Source: Octopus vulgaris
Taxonomy: Eukaryota
Length of the DNA stretch: 64,000 nt
Assembly (NCBI GenBank): GCA_951406725.2
Contig: OX597831.1
Coordinates: forward strand, 28,520,001 to 28,584,000
Reading direction: 5' to 3'
Shown: positions 31,068-44,940 of the stretch, piece by piece
Layout of the letters: each line of letters opens with the position of its first letter
Numbering within the stretch: the stretch's first letter is position 1
Translations under genes and position numbers: made by a program
The notes under the pieces: generated by a model
Databases searched by the model: none
The model's input: the letters and a program-made list of their open reading frames with translations, nothing else
Told to the model about the DNA's origin: nothing

Positions 31068-31504
31068 TGTATATAAACGAAAGTAAGAGCACAGTGTTGT
31101 TTGTTGCTTTGAATAGATGCGTGTCTGGAAATTCTTATGCAATATTAAATATATTGTATATAATTCAAGATTGACATTTATTCTGAACCATGCTGTGTTG
31201 GTACTAAATCAAGTCAAACTTTTAACCATTATATGAATTTCTTTGCATCAGTTACGTAATAATAATATTTTCATAAAAAGTTAGACCGCACAAAAATAAA
31301 ATTAATAATAATAATAATAAAAAAACCCAGTAGTTGTAGGGAAAGGAATCCTGATGTGCCTAAAGGAAGTCGAAACTGGTTGACCGAATCCTGAGTGTTG
31401 TTATCCACCGAACATCCTGTATTTATTTGCGGGGTACACATTCCCAATGAGACTAGACGCATGTTTGATTTTTTGCCATATACACATACGCTGTTATGGT
31501 CTAA

Positions 31505-31577
31505 ATCATCATCATCAACATCATCATCGTCGTCGTCATCATCATCATCATCATCATGATCATCATGATGATCGTCG

Positions 31578-31618
<41 letters not shown>

Positions 31619-32000
31619 TCCACCACCACTACAACTACAAGCATCGTTATATCCTCGTCCTCCAGCAGCAGTAGCAGTAGCAGCAGGAGCACCACAACCA
31701 CCACCTTAGTTCTTTTTCTTCTTCTTCTTCTCATCCTCCTCCTCCTTATTATTCTTCTTCTTCTCCTTTTTCTCCTACCCCTCCTCCTCCTCCTCCTTCT
31801 TCTTCTTCTTCTCCTCTTTCTTCTTCTTCTTCTTCTTCTCCTTTTTCTCCTACCCCTCCTCCTCCTCATCCTTCTTCTTCTTCTTCTCCTCTTTCTTCTT
31901 CTTCTTTTTCTTCTTCTTCTTCTTCTTCTCCTCCTCCTCCTTCTTCTTCTTCTTCTTCTTCTTCTTCTTCTTCTTCTTCTTCTTCTTCTTCTTCTTCTTC
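31505..32000. repeat. Compound trinucleotide tract (CAT)n/(CAG)n/(CTT)n/(CCT)n
   Basis: Directly visible. Confidence 0.95.
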
Positions 32001-32232
32001 ATTTGTAATTCCTGGGCCAAGCGCATAGTTGATATCGCGAGCTGTTTCAGCAGCTTTTCGGCCTAGCTTGAACTGGAATAAGAAAATTGGGCGAAGTTGC
32101 CTTTTGTCCATGTTGTATTCAACGTTCCGGAAAAAAATCGCCTAATTTACTCAAAAACAAAAAGAGTAATACGGTTACATAGAGCGAAAAACGGACTTTA
32201 AAATGACATATAAATTCAAAGTAATTAAAATA
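32000..32232 (-). mobile_element. Mariner transposase N-terminal fragment
   Basis: MDKRQLRPIFLFQFKLGRKAAETARDINYALGPGITNE resembles the N-terminus of Hsmar1/cecropia-type transposases. It is cut off by a (GAA)n tract. Confidence 0.8.
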
Positions 32233-32398
32233 CAGCGCAGGAGTGGCTGTGTGGTAAGTAGCTTGCATACCAACCACATGGTTCCGGGTTCAGTCCCACT
32301 GCGTGGCACCTTGGGCAAGTGTCTTCTACTATAGCCTCGGGCTGACCAAGGCCTTGTGAGTGGATTTGGTAGACGGAAACTGAAAGAAGCCCGTCGTA

Positions 32399-32442
<44 letters not shown>

Positions 32443-33188
32443 AAAAAGGAGATGTCGAACACGAGTGGTGATATATAAAAAAGGAAATGAAGAAAATGCT
32501 GACAAATAATTGAAGTAATTTAAGTAATTTAATTAGGTGAAAGTTCTTTTTACCGGTTGCGCATTTGTTATGCTTATCAAAATATAAAAGAGAGATTAGA
32601 GTTCCTTTCTTATAGAATTTTTCCTCTTATATATATTTCCTCTTATATATATATATATATATATATGTGAGTGCGTGTGTGTTTGTGTGTCTGTGTTTGT
32701 CCCCCTAGCATTGCTTGACAACCGATGCGGGTGTGTTTATGTCCCCGTCACTTAGCGGTTCGGCAAAAGAGACCGATAGAATAAGTACTGGGCTTACAAA
32801 GAATAAGTTCTGGGGTCGAGTTGCTCGACTAAAGGTGGTGCTCCAGCATGGCCGCAGTCAAATGACTGAAACAAGTAAAAGAGTAAAGGAAAATTAATTT
32901 GAAAATACATCATTTAAAGCCAAAATTAATGCCAACCTTGAGTCTGTCGGCATTATTTCTAGAGTGGTGTATGTTGTATCTTATGAACAGCTTTCTAGTC
33001 CTATTCATGTTCGGTAGCTTGTCCTTAGTCCCTTTCGTGCGCGCGCGAGTGTATATGTGTGCGTGCGGGTATGTGTGTGAGAGAGTCTATGAATGCTTGC
33101 AGCTGTAGAAAAGTGCTTGTATGTGTATCTGTAAAGCTTGGGAGTTCTCTGTCTAGGTGTATATGTGTGTGTATGTGTATGTGCCTCT

Positions 33189-33236
<48 letters not shown>

Positions 33237-33527
33237 TATATGCGTTTGCGTGGGTCTGTTCGTAAGTTTCTTTGTGTTTGCGACCGTGTAACAGAATATC
33301 TGCATATGTGTTTCTGTGAGTTGTGAGGCGCCTGTGCATCTGTAGGGGTGTTTGCAAATGTATATGTGTGTGTAAGTGTGTCTGGATGAGTGGGTATGTG
33401 TGTCTATGAGAGTATATATGCATCTGTGAATGTGTATGTGATTTCTCAGAAATAAACTTCCAAATAAACCATGTAAGCGGGGTACCTAAAACTGAGGTAT
33501 AAATCAATGCATACATAAACATACACG

Positions 33528-33561
<34 letters not shown>

Positions 33562-33591
33562 CATGCATACACACATACATACACATACATG

Positions 33592-33654
<63 letters not shown>

Positions 33655-33714
33655 TCACATGCATATACACATACGCATATACAGACACGAGCAACGTGCA
33701 CAATAACATTATGA

Positions 33715-34130
33715 TTATTTCTTTATTGCCCACAATGAGCTAAACATAGAGGCGACAAACAAGGACAGACAAACGGATTAAGTCAATTACATTGACCCCA
33801 GTGCGTAACTGGTACTTATTTAATCGACCTCGAAAGGATGAAAGGCAAAGTCGACCTCGGCGGAACTTGAACTCAGAATGTAGCGGCATACGAAATACCT
33901 ATTTCTTTACTGCCCACAAAGGGCTACACGCAGAGGGGACAAACAAGGACAAATAAACGGATTACGTCGATTATATCGACCCCACTGCGTAACTGGTACT
34001 TATTTAATCGACCTCGAAAGGATGAAAGGCAAAGTCGACCTCGGCGGAATTTGAACTCAGAATGTAGCGGCAGACGAAATACCGCTAAGCATTTCGCCCG
34101 GCGTGCTAACGATTCTGCCAGCTCGTCGAC
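33715..34130 (-). mobile_element. SINE family A dimer (other copies at ~3135-3340+, 11100-11295-, 11605-11797-, 12650-12832-, 26845-27040-, 35215-35451-, 40830-40960+, 43502-43835+)
   Basis: Same head, core and tail as 6170-7110. Confidence 0.9.
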
Positions 34131-34995
34131 TTACAATAACATTATAATGCATATATACACTAATACACAAACGCACACACAGATAGAAAGGAGAATAAAG
34201 AGGGAGAGAGGTGTAAGGAATACCTGAAAACATGTGCTTTTAGTAAACACACACATTCAATCTAGCGGTAAAAACCTGATACTGTGGTTGAATCGCATGT
34301 TTTTGTATCTCTCTGTGTGGTTAGGAAATGGATATCTGATCGGTTAGTTTTAGTATTTATAGGTGCATCATCAGAAATTGCATTTTCTGACCATAAAGAA
34401 AATAATAGTAGTTTATACTTATATGTGCGGAGGCACATGGCCTAGTGGTTAGAACAGCGAACTCGCGATCGAGGGATCGCGGGTTCGAATCTCAGACCGG
34501 GTGATATGTGTGTTTATGAGCGAAACACTTAAGCTCCACGTGGCTCCGGCAGGGGGTGGTGGCGAACTTCTGCTGACTCTTTCTCCACAACTTTCTCTCA
34601 CTCTTTCCTCCTGCATCTTGCAGCTCACCTGCGACGCACCGGTGTCCCGATCAGGTAGGGAATCTATACGCCAAGGAAACTGGGAAACCAGCCCCTATGT
34701 GCCAGGCATGGCTCGAGAAGGAACAAACAATACTTATGTGTAATATACACACACACACACACACACTCATACACACACATGCACGCACACACGCATACGC
34801 ATACGCACGCACACACATGGACACACGCATACGCACGCACACACATGGACACGCACATACATGGACACACACATACATGGACGCACTCATAGACGCATTC
34901 ACACTTTCAGATAGAACTAATTTATAATAAAGAGCAATTATTACCAATGTTTATTAATTAATAGAACAGCTATACAGCAATAAGATAAGAGATGT

Positions 34996-35526
34996 CGGCT
35001 TGCATACGAAAAGCATGAAATGATGGAAAATGTCCTCGTCCGCGCGTCATCCGTCGGTCCCCATTCACGACGAGGTAATGATCGAAGGGAGCCATCGGGA
35101 CCATTCGTATTGCGACGTTAGAGATGAAATCCTTGGATAATCGCAAGACGCACTGCAGCGACGGCGTGTGGCAAGCACGTTTTCCTCGATCAAGAGCGAA
35201 AGTCGGAGGTTCGATACCTATTTCTTTATTACCCACAAGGGGCTAAACATAGAGGGGACAAACAAGGACAGACATAGGTATTAAGTCGATTACATCGACC
35301 CCACTGTGTAACTGGTAATTAATTTATCGACCCCGAAAGGATGAAAGGCAAAGTTGACCTCGGCGGAATTTGAACTCACAACGTAACGGCAGACGAAATA
35401 CCGCTAAGCATTTCGCCCGGTGTGCTAACGTTTCTGCCAGCTCGCCGCCTTGAAGACGATCAGATACCGTCGTAGTTCCGACCGTAAACGATGCCGACTG
35501 GCGCTCCGCCGGCGTTCGCTTCGATT
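34996..35526 (+). pseudogene. Retroposed 18S rRNA fragment interrupted by a SINE
   Basis: CATTCGTATTGCGACGTTAGAGATGAAATCCTTGGAT, ATCAAGAGCGAAAGTCGGAGGTTCGA and GAAGACGATCAGATACCGTCGTAGTTCCGACCGTAAACGATGCCGAC match conserved central SSU rRNA sequence. A SINE is inserted at 35215-35451. Confidence 0.93.
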
Positions 35527-36254
35527 CCCCTCTGTGTGTAGCCCCTTGTGGGCAGCAAAGAAATAAGATAAGAGATGTAAAGTAAAATTAGGAGCGAGCG
35601 TAGTTTGCCTCGCAGAGAAAACTAGAGGTAATTCGGTTAGAACCAACTTGATTTAATTTGTATAATTAATTATCCTAACTAGTGAACCTGTGAATATTTC
35701 ACGGAATTAATAGTAAACTTATTAGGTTATTCCTCAAGATTTTATCCAAAACAACTGAAAGCGTAGCAGAGCTGTATCTGTATCAAAATATAATCGCTCA
35801 TCTGCTATTCATTGAAAACTGAAAGAAATTGGGATACGATGATTACTTAATGCAATTTATATACTTTATGTACAATTTTATAGACTCAATACACAGTACT
35901 CATAAAATAAATATTCACTCTTATTTTTCTATTTTTCTCATAAACATAAAAAAGCTACAATTGCAGCGTGGAAGGTGTTTATAAGCCATTTAAGAAACAC
36001 ACAAAAACCGTTAGTTTCACTTGAACATCTAAATTTAATTTGCCAAAATATTTTCGTTGCTTTGAGACCGCGACCTGTTCAATGACAAAATTCTGTGCTG
36101 CGTTATTTTAAAATTTACACAGTCACGATTTCATATACGGAAAACCAAAAAATTATTGTAGAAAAAATTATTTTATATGTATAATATAGGGGTCACAATT
36201 TCAAAGGGGCAAACGTTTAATGCAACATGGCAGACCTTAAGAACCACATCGCTG

Positions 36255-36990
36255 GTAACTTATAAGCCAAGGCGATGAGTTAGAGTTAATACACATTTCA
36301 ATTTGCGTACATCTTTCAATCCAATACTTCTTTGCGGAATATGTTCTCCGTGTAAGTTCTCCCTTTTGTTTAATAAATTTAACTCTCACATCAAATAATT
36401 TGTGAGCCCTTGAGAATAGAGGTTCAGGCAAGAACAGCCCCACTTTATCAAATGTCTGCTCTTGTGATTTATTGATAGACATTGCATTTGACACGCCGAA
36501 AGTGAATGGCAAGTTTGGGATGCGCATGCGTTAAGTGATAGGTGATATAAAGAACTTAGCTCAATTAAAAAAAGAAAATTACTCTTCGCTATGCACTTAC
36601 CATCGCCGCCACCACCACCGCCACCCCCACCACTACCACCATCTCTCTCTTTCTCTCGCCCTCCTCTCTCTCTCTTTCTCTCTCTCTCTCTGTCTTTCAT
36701 AATCTCACCATCAGAACATTATGTTCCAAACTCTCCGCTATATCACTACCTGCAACTAACTTTTTGAAACCACGTAATAAATATTACGTCCCCCTACCAC
36801 TCATCATAGACGCTTCTCTCTCCGTTTTTTCTCTCTTCCACTTTTTCTTTCTCTCTTCGCCTTATCCCCTTTTTCTCTCACCCTCTTTTCTTTCTCCCTC
36901 TTTTCCTATAACCGCGTGAAAGCGTGACCGACGAGACACGTGACGTAATGACAAGCAGAATTATCATAAGATTCTGTCATTCAACTAAAT
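36255..36990 (-). mobile_element. Non-autonomous Helitron remnant with the PIF1-helicase C-terminus
   Basis: ORF 36237-36527 contains NLPFTF..AMSINKSQEQTFDKVGLFLPEPLFS, matching the AMTINKSQGQT..VG..L..PVFS helicase motif. Outer limits are approximate. Confidence 0.8.
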
Positions 36991-37202
36991 TGTTAAATAG
37001 ATGTTAACGGTTGCATTCTTATATAAATTAGGACATACCAATTGCTCTTCCTTGAAATGGGAACCAGATAACCCTGAAATCACACCGTACCGTCTTGAAA
37101 AAGAGGGAAACACACTAGACCACGAAGTCACGAAAGCCAAGATGGCCATAGCTGGAACGCTTGAATTCGTAGTTTCTCCATGAAAATTGGCAGCAGTGGT
37201 AC

Positions 37203-37262
<60 letters not shown>

Positions 37263-37267
37263 GCACA

Positions 37268-37315
<48 letters not shown>

Positions 37316-37905
37316 CCCTCATACACACCTGTAACAATTAATCGAGAATCGATGTATGTAGTCTGCAGTTGTTAAATTTTAACTCCTATTTGGGCGTGCA
37401 TGAACAGGCCAATAATCGAAGCCATTCCAACTGTGGCCGCCTCATCGTATTTGGTATATCCATGTACTCTTTTGCTTTAAGACGATATGACCTGATTAGA
37501 ATTCAGCTGCTATGTTCAGCATATTGAGTAACCACGTACAAGTCCTCTTATCTCGAACCCATGTTTTGTATTCTAGTGTAGAGGAGAGTATAACACACAG
37601 AGTTCCGCTTTATGGAAACCCCGTAGTGCCTGCATCGCTGATGATTGATGGTTGTTGTCTTGACGAAGACGGTCTTCCATATATTTATCCCATTTATAAA
37701 AATGAAGTTGAACATTAATTATGTTGATGTACAGCTCCGCTTCTCTGAAGCCTGGCAGTGATTTCCTGCGAAACATCGCGTATCTAATGTCTCATACCGC
37801 CATTCACGGGGTGTCAGGATGTTTACATACCCCTACATAGGCGCACACATAATACGCATACACATACACATACATACGCACATACAATATATTACATACA
37901 TATGC

Positions 37906-37939
<34 letters not shown>

Positions 37940-38079
37940 ATATATATATGTGCGTGTGTATATTTCTGAAGCTGTATACAATATCGTGCAATAAGCAAAG
38001 GAATACTGAATAAACATATAGGAAGTATGCATGCATCTATGCAATATCTCTACACACAAACATACACGCACGCATACAC

Positions 38080-38113
<34 letters not shown>

Positions 38114-38114
38114 A

Positions 38115-38166
<52 letters not shown>

Positions 38167-38291
38167 TGATATATGTACATACGTAAGACGAATATATATA
38201 TTTCGAACATCAACACAAATTAAGAACCCTAAACCGACAAGAGAAAAGTAGATTATAAAATAGGATTTGACATAACATATTATATGCCATA

Positions 38292-38325
<34 letters not shown>

Positions 38326-38327
<2 letters not shown>

Positions 38328-38507
38328 ATATTTCTAAGTCGTTATGTTAAGCCTTTATAACCACAACAAAAGCATGCCTCTTCATTTCTTGTGTAAGCTG
38401 AGTGTCTGGCATTATTATTTTCTGAAACAAAGATTATACACAGTTAGCAATAAAAAAAATGCAGCAATGACTCCAAAGAATTATTCCTCAAATAACTTAC
38501 GCACCCT
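38326..38507 (-). mobile_element. Second, diverged 5' fragment of the same DD37D family, head-to-head with 38661
   Basis: The reverse complement begins CAGGGTGCGTAAGTTATTTGAGG and runs into MPDTQLTQEMKR, colinear with 38661-38845. Confidence 0.85.
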
Positions 38508-38568
38508 GTCCATACATACATACATACATACATACATACATACATACATACATACATACATACATACA

Positions 38569-38660
<92 letters not shown>

Positions 38661-38663
<3 letters not shown>

Positions 38664-39860
38664 GGTGAGTAAGTTATTTAAGGAAGAACTATTTGGGATC
38701 ATTGCTGCATTTTTTTTTTTTGCTAACTCTGTATAATCTTTGTTTCAGAAAATAATAATGTCAGACAATCAGCTTACTCAAGAAATGAAGAGACTTGCTG
38801 TTATTGAGATTATAAAGGCTGAGCATAGCGATTTAGAAATATTTCTAGTTTTAAAAGTTCCTAGATCTTTTGTATACAGTGTTTGTAAGAAGCCAGAGAC
38901 TGAAGATAGAAACGTATCACCAGTATTTAAGCACAAAAAGCGTTCTAAACACTCTGAAAGCATTAGAACAACTGAATTTATCCAGCAAGTTCAACAGACA
39001 GCTGATTACAATCCCAGAAAGTCCATGATATCAATTGCAAACGAACTTCATGTTTCAGACGGAACAATCAGAAATGTTGTTCACAAAGACACCAGATATA
39101 AGTCTTATATAATGAAGAAAGGTCAATTTGTCAGAAGAAGCAGAAGAAAATCACTACACTTAAACAAACTAACAGACTTTTAAACAAACTGAAAAATTCA
39201 GCAGAAGATTTGATTTGGTTTTTCTCAAGCGAGAAAAGCTTCGACCAAGATCAATAACTTAACAGAAGATTGTTATGTGCAGACCCTTCTGAAGTTCCAA
39301 GTGTTATGCATACATAATTTTCTGCAACTGTCATAATTTTAGGGGTTGTCAGCAATGAAGGACATATGATGCCTGCTTACTTCTTTCCACAAGGCATTAG
39401 AGTTAACTCTGCCGCCTACATTGAGTTCCTGGAAACAATTGTTAAACCCTGGATAGACGGTGTATGCAATGGAAGGCTGTATGTGTTTCCGTAAGACTCT
39501 TTACTATCCCACACGGTTCTAGTAACACAAGAATGAATGGCTGAAAATGTTCATGATCACATATCCCTAACATTTGACCTCCAAATTCCCCAGATTTCAA
39601 TCCATTGGACTATTACATGTGGAGCGATGTTGAGAGAGAGGTCAATGAACACGCCCATAACACCAAAAATACTTTGAAAGCTGCCATAGTCAGAGTAATG
39701 TCCAAAATGAACCAGGACCACTTGATTCGAGCATGTAGATGATTTAGATCTTATACAGAAGCAGTTGTTGAAGATGAAGGTGGCTTTATTGTAGAACATT
39801 ATAGAAAAGAAGGTTTATTTTTATCCTCATAGCACTTTTTGATAAATAAAGTTATTATCT
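38661..39860 (+). mobile_element. Decayed Tc1/mariner-superfamily element, DD37D (maT-like) transposase; right end not evident
   Basis: Starts TA|CAGGGTG. ORF 38740-39183 has an HTH-like region (NPRKSMISIANELHVSDGTIRNVV). Downstream motifs are WFFSSEK, F..DS..SH and PPNSPDFNPLDYYMW. After repairing a 1-nt deletion there are 37 residues between the last two Asp. Confidence 0.85.
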
Positions 39861-39879
39861 GTTATTATATATATTTATA

Positions 39880-39961
<82 letters not shown>

Positions 39962-40342
39962 TCAATTTTTGACTAATTCTGAAATTTGTATCAGCAGCTT
40001 ATATTTGCTGCGGAGTAGATGGCGCGATTACGGTGAATTCGAAAATTTACGATATATAGACCCGAGGCTTAGATGGTGTAGCCTCGTGTATATATATCTG
40101 CCTCCTATTTTGGTGACTTTGCTGACGGGACAAGCCAAGCGTAAACGGATTTAATTTAATTTAATTAAATTTGATTGCGTGAAGATGTTGAAACCTTGCA
40201 GGGTACAAAGTTTGAAGGGGATAAATGTTTTTTATTTTCCTCTAGTTTCAGAATTACTACTATTTTTTTGCGGTTTTGAGTTTTAGCTGCTCTTTTCAAG
40301 TGAGTCGAACGACCTTCTCAGGGTCATTCCTTAATATTTTGT

Positions 40343-40477
<135 letters not shown>

Positions 40478-40711
40478 AGTAAAAGAGTAAAAGAGTAAAA
40501 GAGAGAGAGTAATATATATATATATATACATATACATACATATATATACATATACATCCATCCATCCATACATACATGCATGCATACATACATATATACA
40601 TACATGCATACATACATACATACATACACACATACATACACACATACACACACATATAATGTTAGATAAAGCCGATTTTGGGGATTACCCTGGGTTTCAT
40701 TTCCGCAAAGC

Positions 40712-40813
40712 GTTTACCTTTACGGCGTATCATCAGATCCCAAAATCTGTTGATTTAAGAGAGACCTTATGCCAACAGGCTTTGAGATTTGACGATACGC
40801 TGTAAAGCTAAAC
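40712..40813. repeat. Imperfect 41-bp inverted repeat with a 20-nt spacer
   Basis: 40712-40752 pairs with 40773-40813 at 37 of 41 positions, counting three G-U pairs. Confidence 0.8.
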
Positions 40814-41703
40814 CTCTTATGGACACAGCAATTTGACAGAATCGTTATTACGCCGGAGCAAAAATACCTCGCTGCATTTTGCTTTTACGTCCTGCGCTCA
40901 AATTCCACCGAGGTTGACTTCGCCTTTCATCTTTTGGGCTCGATAAAGTAAGTAATAGTTGAACCCTTTCACGCTCGTAAAATCCTGTATTGCTTCTTTA
41001 ACCACGTGAACGATGGCGGCTCTTGAAATGATTGATACAAAAGCTGATCAGCATTTCTTTCATATTTCAGCGACCCTAACGTGATTTTGTTTGGCAGCAA
41101 AGACGCGTAACCAATCCATTGCAACTTCTACCATTTTATTCTGACATCGAAGCCTTTCACCCATGTTTCATTCCAGTTTTCAGTAAAATTTTCACCAACA
41201 TTAAAGCCATCAAACTCTTGGCTGACTGCGATTCGGTCTCCATTTTCTTCACCTATCAGCAGACACCGGACAAATTCTGCGGCTACATCAGCAATTTTAA
41301 TTTTCTTCCATAAAATCAGGTGTCATAAACGTTTCACAGAAAGTGTATTTGCTTAACTAATCAATAGAAAGATCTATATATCTGTTATAAAAAGCCTGGA
41401 ATAAAAGCAAATGATTGTAAACAGGGATGATTAAACAAGGATTAAGATTATTTCTGTTTAACAAACGTATTATTCCGACATTGTGTGTTGTTAATATTTG
41501 GAATCAGGTGGCGCCTCCTATACTTCATTTAAATGAGAAGGGAAGAATATAATATAAGTTATTTTGCATTTTATGTGAAAACACTGTTTTATAATCACAT
41601 CTATTATATCATTACTTATTCGACCGTTACACAGAGTCGATATACTTTTATTTCCTATTTATTATTTAACAAAATCTATCAGCAACGTCACATTTGAGTC
41701 TGC

Positions 41704-41839
<136 letters not shown>

Positions 41840-41926
41840 AGAGGATTATGCATAGACATATGCCTTCGTTTATCATTTCTATCACGCTGATCGGGGTATA
41901 TATCTATATATGAGTGTCTGTCATGA

Positions 41927-41988
<62 letters not shown>

Positions 41989-42053
41989 GAGAGACACAAA
42001 TGACGTTGCCCCGCTTCTTTCATTTCGTCTCTGTCTCTCTGTCTCTCTCATAC

Positions 42054-42106
<53 letters not shown>

Positions 42107-42384
42107 CATATATATATATACACATATATATATACATATATATATGTATATATATATACATATATATCTGCATATATATATATATATATATGCACATATA
42201 TATATATATGTATATATATGTATATATATATATATACATATATATACACATATGCATATATATACATACACATGCATACGTAATTGCATCCAAACACACA
42301 CACACGCACACAAACACATATATATGTGTGTTAGATAGATATAGATATATGCATATATATATACATATATATGGTCACACACAC

Positions 42385-42468
<84 letters not shown>

Positions 42469-43050
42469 GTATGTGTGTGTGTGTGTGTGCGTGTGTGAAT
42501 ATACGTCATGTGAAGACACTTATGCGAATATGTGTGTCATTTTAAAATTTATGTCAAAAAGCAAACGAACGCTCACGGAACAACAAAAAACTAAATGAAT
42601 AAACGAAAAATAAAAAACAAAAATATGTGCCTTGCGGGAACGCCAATGAGTTGCAGTGAAAATAATCATATTTTATAATGGTAGACGATCGACAGTTAGA
42701 GTCCGCCATTTTACCATCGCTTTAGAAAATGTTAGAGAAATGTCAGGTTGACATTTTATTTGCCTTCATTACTCTTCCTGCTCCTCCCAGTCATTTCCCC
42801 CGCCTTATTACAGTAGCTTCTAAAATACTGAAGACACACTATCTCCTCCAGCCATCTGTTTATTAGCATCGACCGATAACATATTTTTTATGCAACTCCT
42901 CTAACCTCTCGTCTACAGCTTACTTGCAATATCTTTAGCTCATCATTATCATCTTAAATAAATACATACGTGTACACAAAGGTATGTGCAAGCAGCATTT
43001 ACACACACACACACACATATATATGTATCTCTACATAAATGCATATACAT

Positions 43051-43086
<36 letters not shown>

Positions 43087-44533
43087 GTATATGTATATAT
43101 GATCATTTCATTCCCTTGTTTCCAATTATGTGTACGTATGGGTGTGTATGAATGTGTCTTTGTGTATGTACGTATGTGTACAAACACACACACACACATA
43201 CACACACACACATACACACACACGCACACACACATATGCATGTATGAGTATGTGAAAACCATGAGAAAGTTCCCAAGGGCCGGTAATTCACCTGATGGCA
43301 GTCCCTCGAGGCGGCAGGTTAGAGCTGTAGGAGGTCTTTCAATCCTGTCGCACTCTAAAAACAAATAACATTATGAAATACATACACATATATGCATTTA
43401 TACATTACACAAATTTATGTATTTATACACACACATTTATAATGACATATAAAATATATTTGTATGCATGTATGCATGTATATATATATATATATATGCA
43501 TACGTTCTGAGTTCAAATTCCGCCAAGGTCGACTTTGCCTTTCATCCTTTCGGGGTCGATTAAATAAGTGCCAGTTGCGCACTGGGGTCGATATAATCGA
43601 CTTAATCCGTTTGTCTGTCCTTGTTTGTCCTCTCTGTGTTTATCCCCTCGTGGATAGTAAAGAAATAGGTATTTCGTCTGTCTTTACGTTCTGAGTTCAA
43701 ATTCCGCCAAAGTCGACTTTGCCTTTCATCCCTTCGAGGTCGATGAATTAAGTACCAGTTGCGCACTCGGGTCGATCTACACGACTGGTCCTCTTCCCCA
43801 AAATTTCGAGCTTTGTGCCTAGAATAAAAAAACATTATTTTTTACACTTATTACTAATTAGCGACAGTGTACAGGTAACTGGCAGGATAATTCCTGATAT
43901 TCAGTGCAAGAAAACTTGAAACCATGCCGGTTCTTGTTGAAGAATTTTGTTCTTAGGTGCCTAGATTATGGCTTCCAGTTATTGTTTCCTCGTAATGGCT
44001 TGCACCTGTGGAATTCTATGCAACACAACTGTTCTATGCGAAGAATTTTGCACTCATACACCACCTGAGTAACTGGGAAGGTTTGATAATTTTAAAACAC
44101 GACTACTTTGAATGAATAAACGAGAAATATGATGTAACCTGATCATGAAAGTGTCTGTAAGGCCTGGCGCCAAAAACTAGTTTCCAAAGCTCTGTAAGTT
44201 CCAAAAATTGTTAAGTCGGCTTTATGTAATTCCAGTGTTAAACCGATGTGTTGAAATCGTTTAGATTCTAAAGAACTGAATCTCATTAATATCCCAAGAC
44301 AAGGAGTCTGTATGTGCGAAGGGATGTGTGGGGGCGATATTTAAATACTTGGACATTCTATTGGTGTTGATAATCTCGGGCCACCTTACATTACAACAAG
44401 TGAACTGTATGAAGGCAGTGATAACAAATTCTTTCATCCACCAAATATCAAATTACAAATGGGTGAGTGAACGTAGCCTCAACCTGGTTGCTTAAACCAG
44501 TAAGAGTGAGGGCGTACACACACGCACATACAT

Positions 44534-44594
<61 letters not shown>

Positions 44595-44754
44595 ACATGC
44601 GCACACGTACGCATACTCACTCACACGCACGTACACACACACACACACATGCATACTCACTCGCACCCACGTACACACACACACACACGCACAAATACGC
44701 ACACAGATATACACTACATATATATATGTACACATACACATACATATATATGTA

Positions 44755-44940
44755 GGCGATTTTTTTTCTCTGTCTTCCCTTCTCTGGATCTTTCCTTCTT
44801 CTATGTTTCCGACGAAGAGCTCCGCTCGAAACGTTAAACCTTCCTTCTTCCCTTCCTTCCTGAGCGTCCAATAATACTATATTTGTTCCACGTCCTCGCG
44901 TTGTTGTGTTTTCTCTTTGTGTTTTCATGTTTGGATTAAC
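44755..44940 (+). mobile_element. Short repeat resembling a Penelope-type terminal (pLTR) fragment, with a decayed hammerhead motif (~44801-44875)
   Basis: CCGACGA-A-GAGC(tcc)GCTC-GAAACGTT...GAGCGTC: hammerhead topology with U4>C. Related sequence lies on the minus strand at ~23570-23715 and ~55516-55583. All copies are flanked by microsatellites. Confidence 0.55.

Noticed and set aside
31345-31391. CTGATGT..CGAAAC hammerhead-like string
   Set aside because: Core mismatch and inconsistent stems.
34996-35526. Functional rDNA or contaminant contig
   Set aside because: Only a short internal fragment, substituted at conserved sites, interrupted by a host SINE and bounded by a TSD.
37745-37785. 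CTGAAGC..GCAG/CTGC GAAAC..GTA hammerhead-like string
   Set aside because: Core lacks A9, and there is no stem I.
43860-44450. Possible Gypsy pol remnant; possible RTE remnants at ~41000-41330 (minus) and ~50230-50400
   Set aside because: Only faint motif resemblance across many frameshifts; would need a translated profile search.
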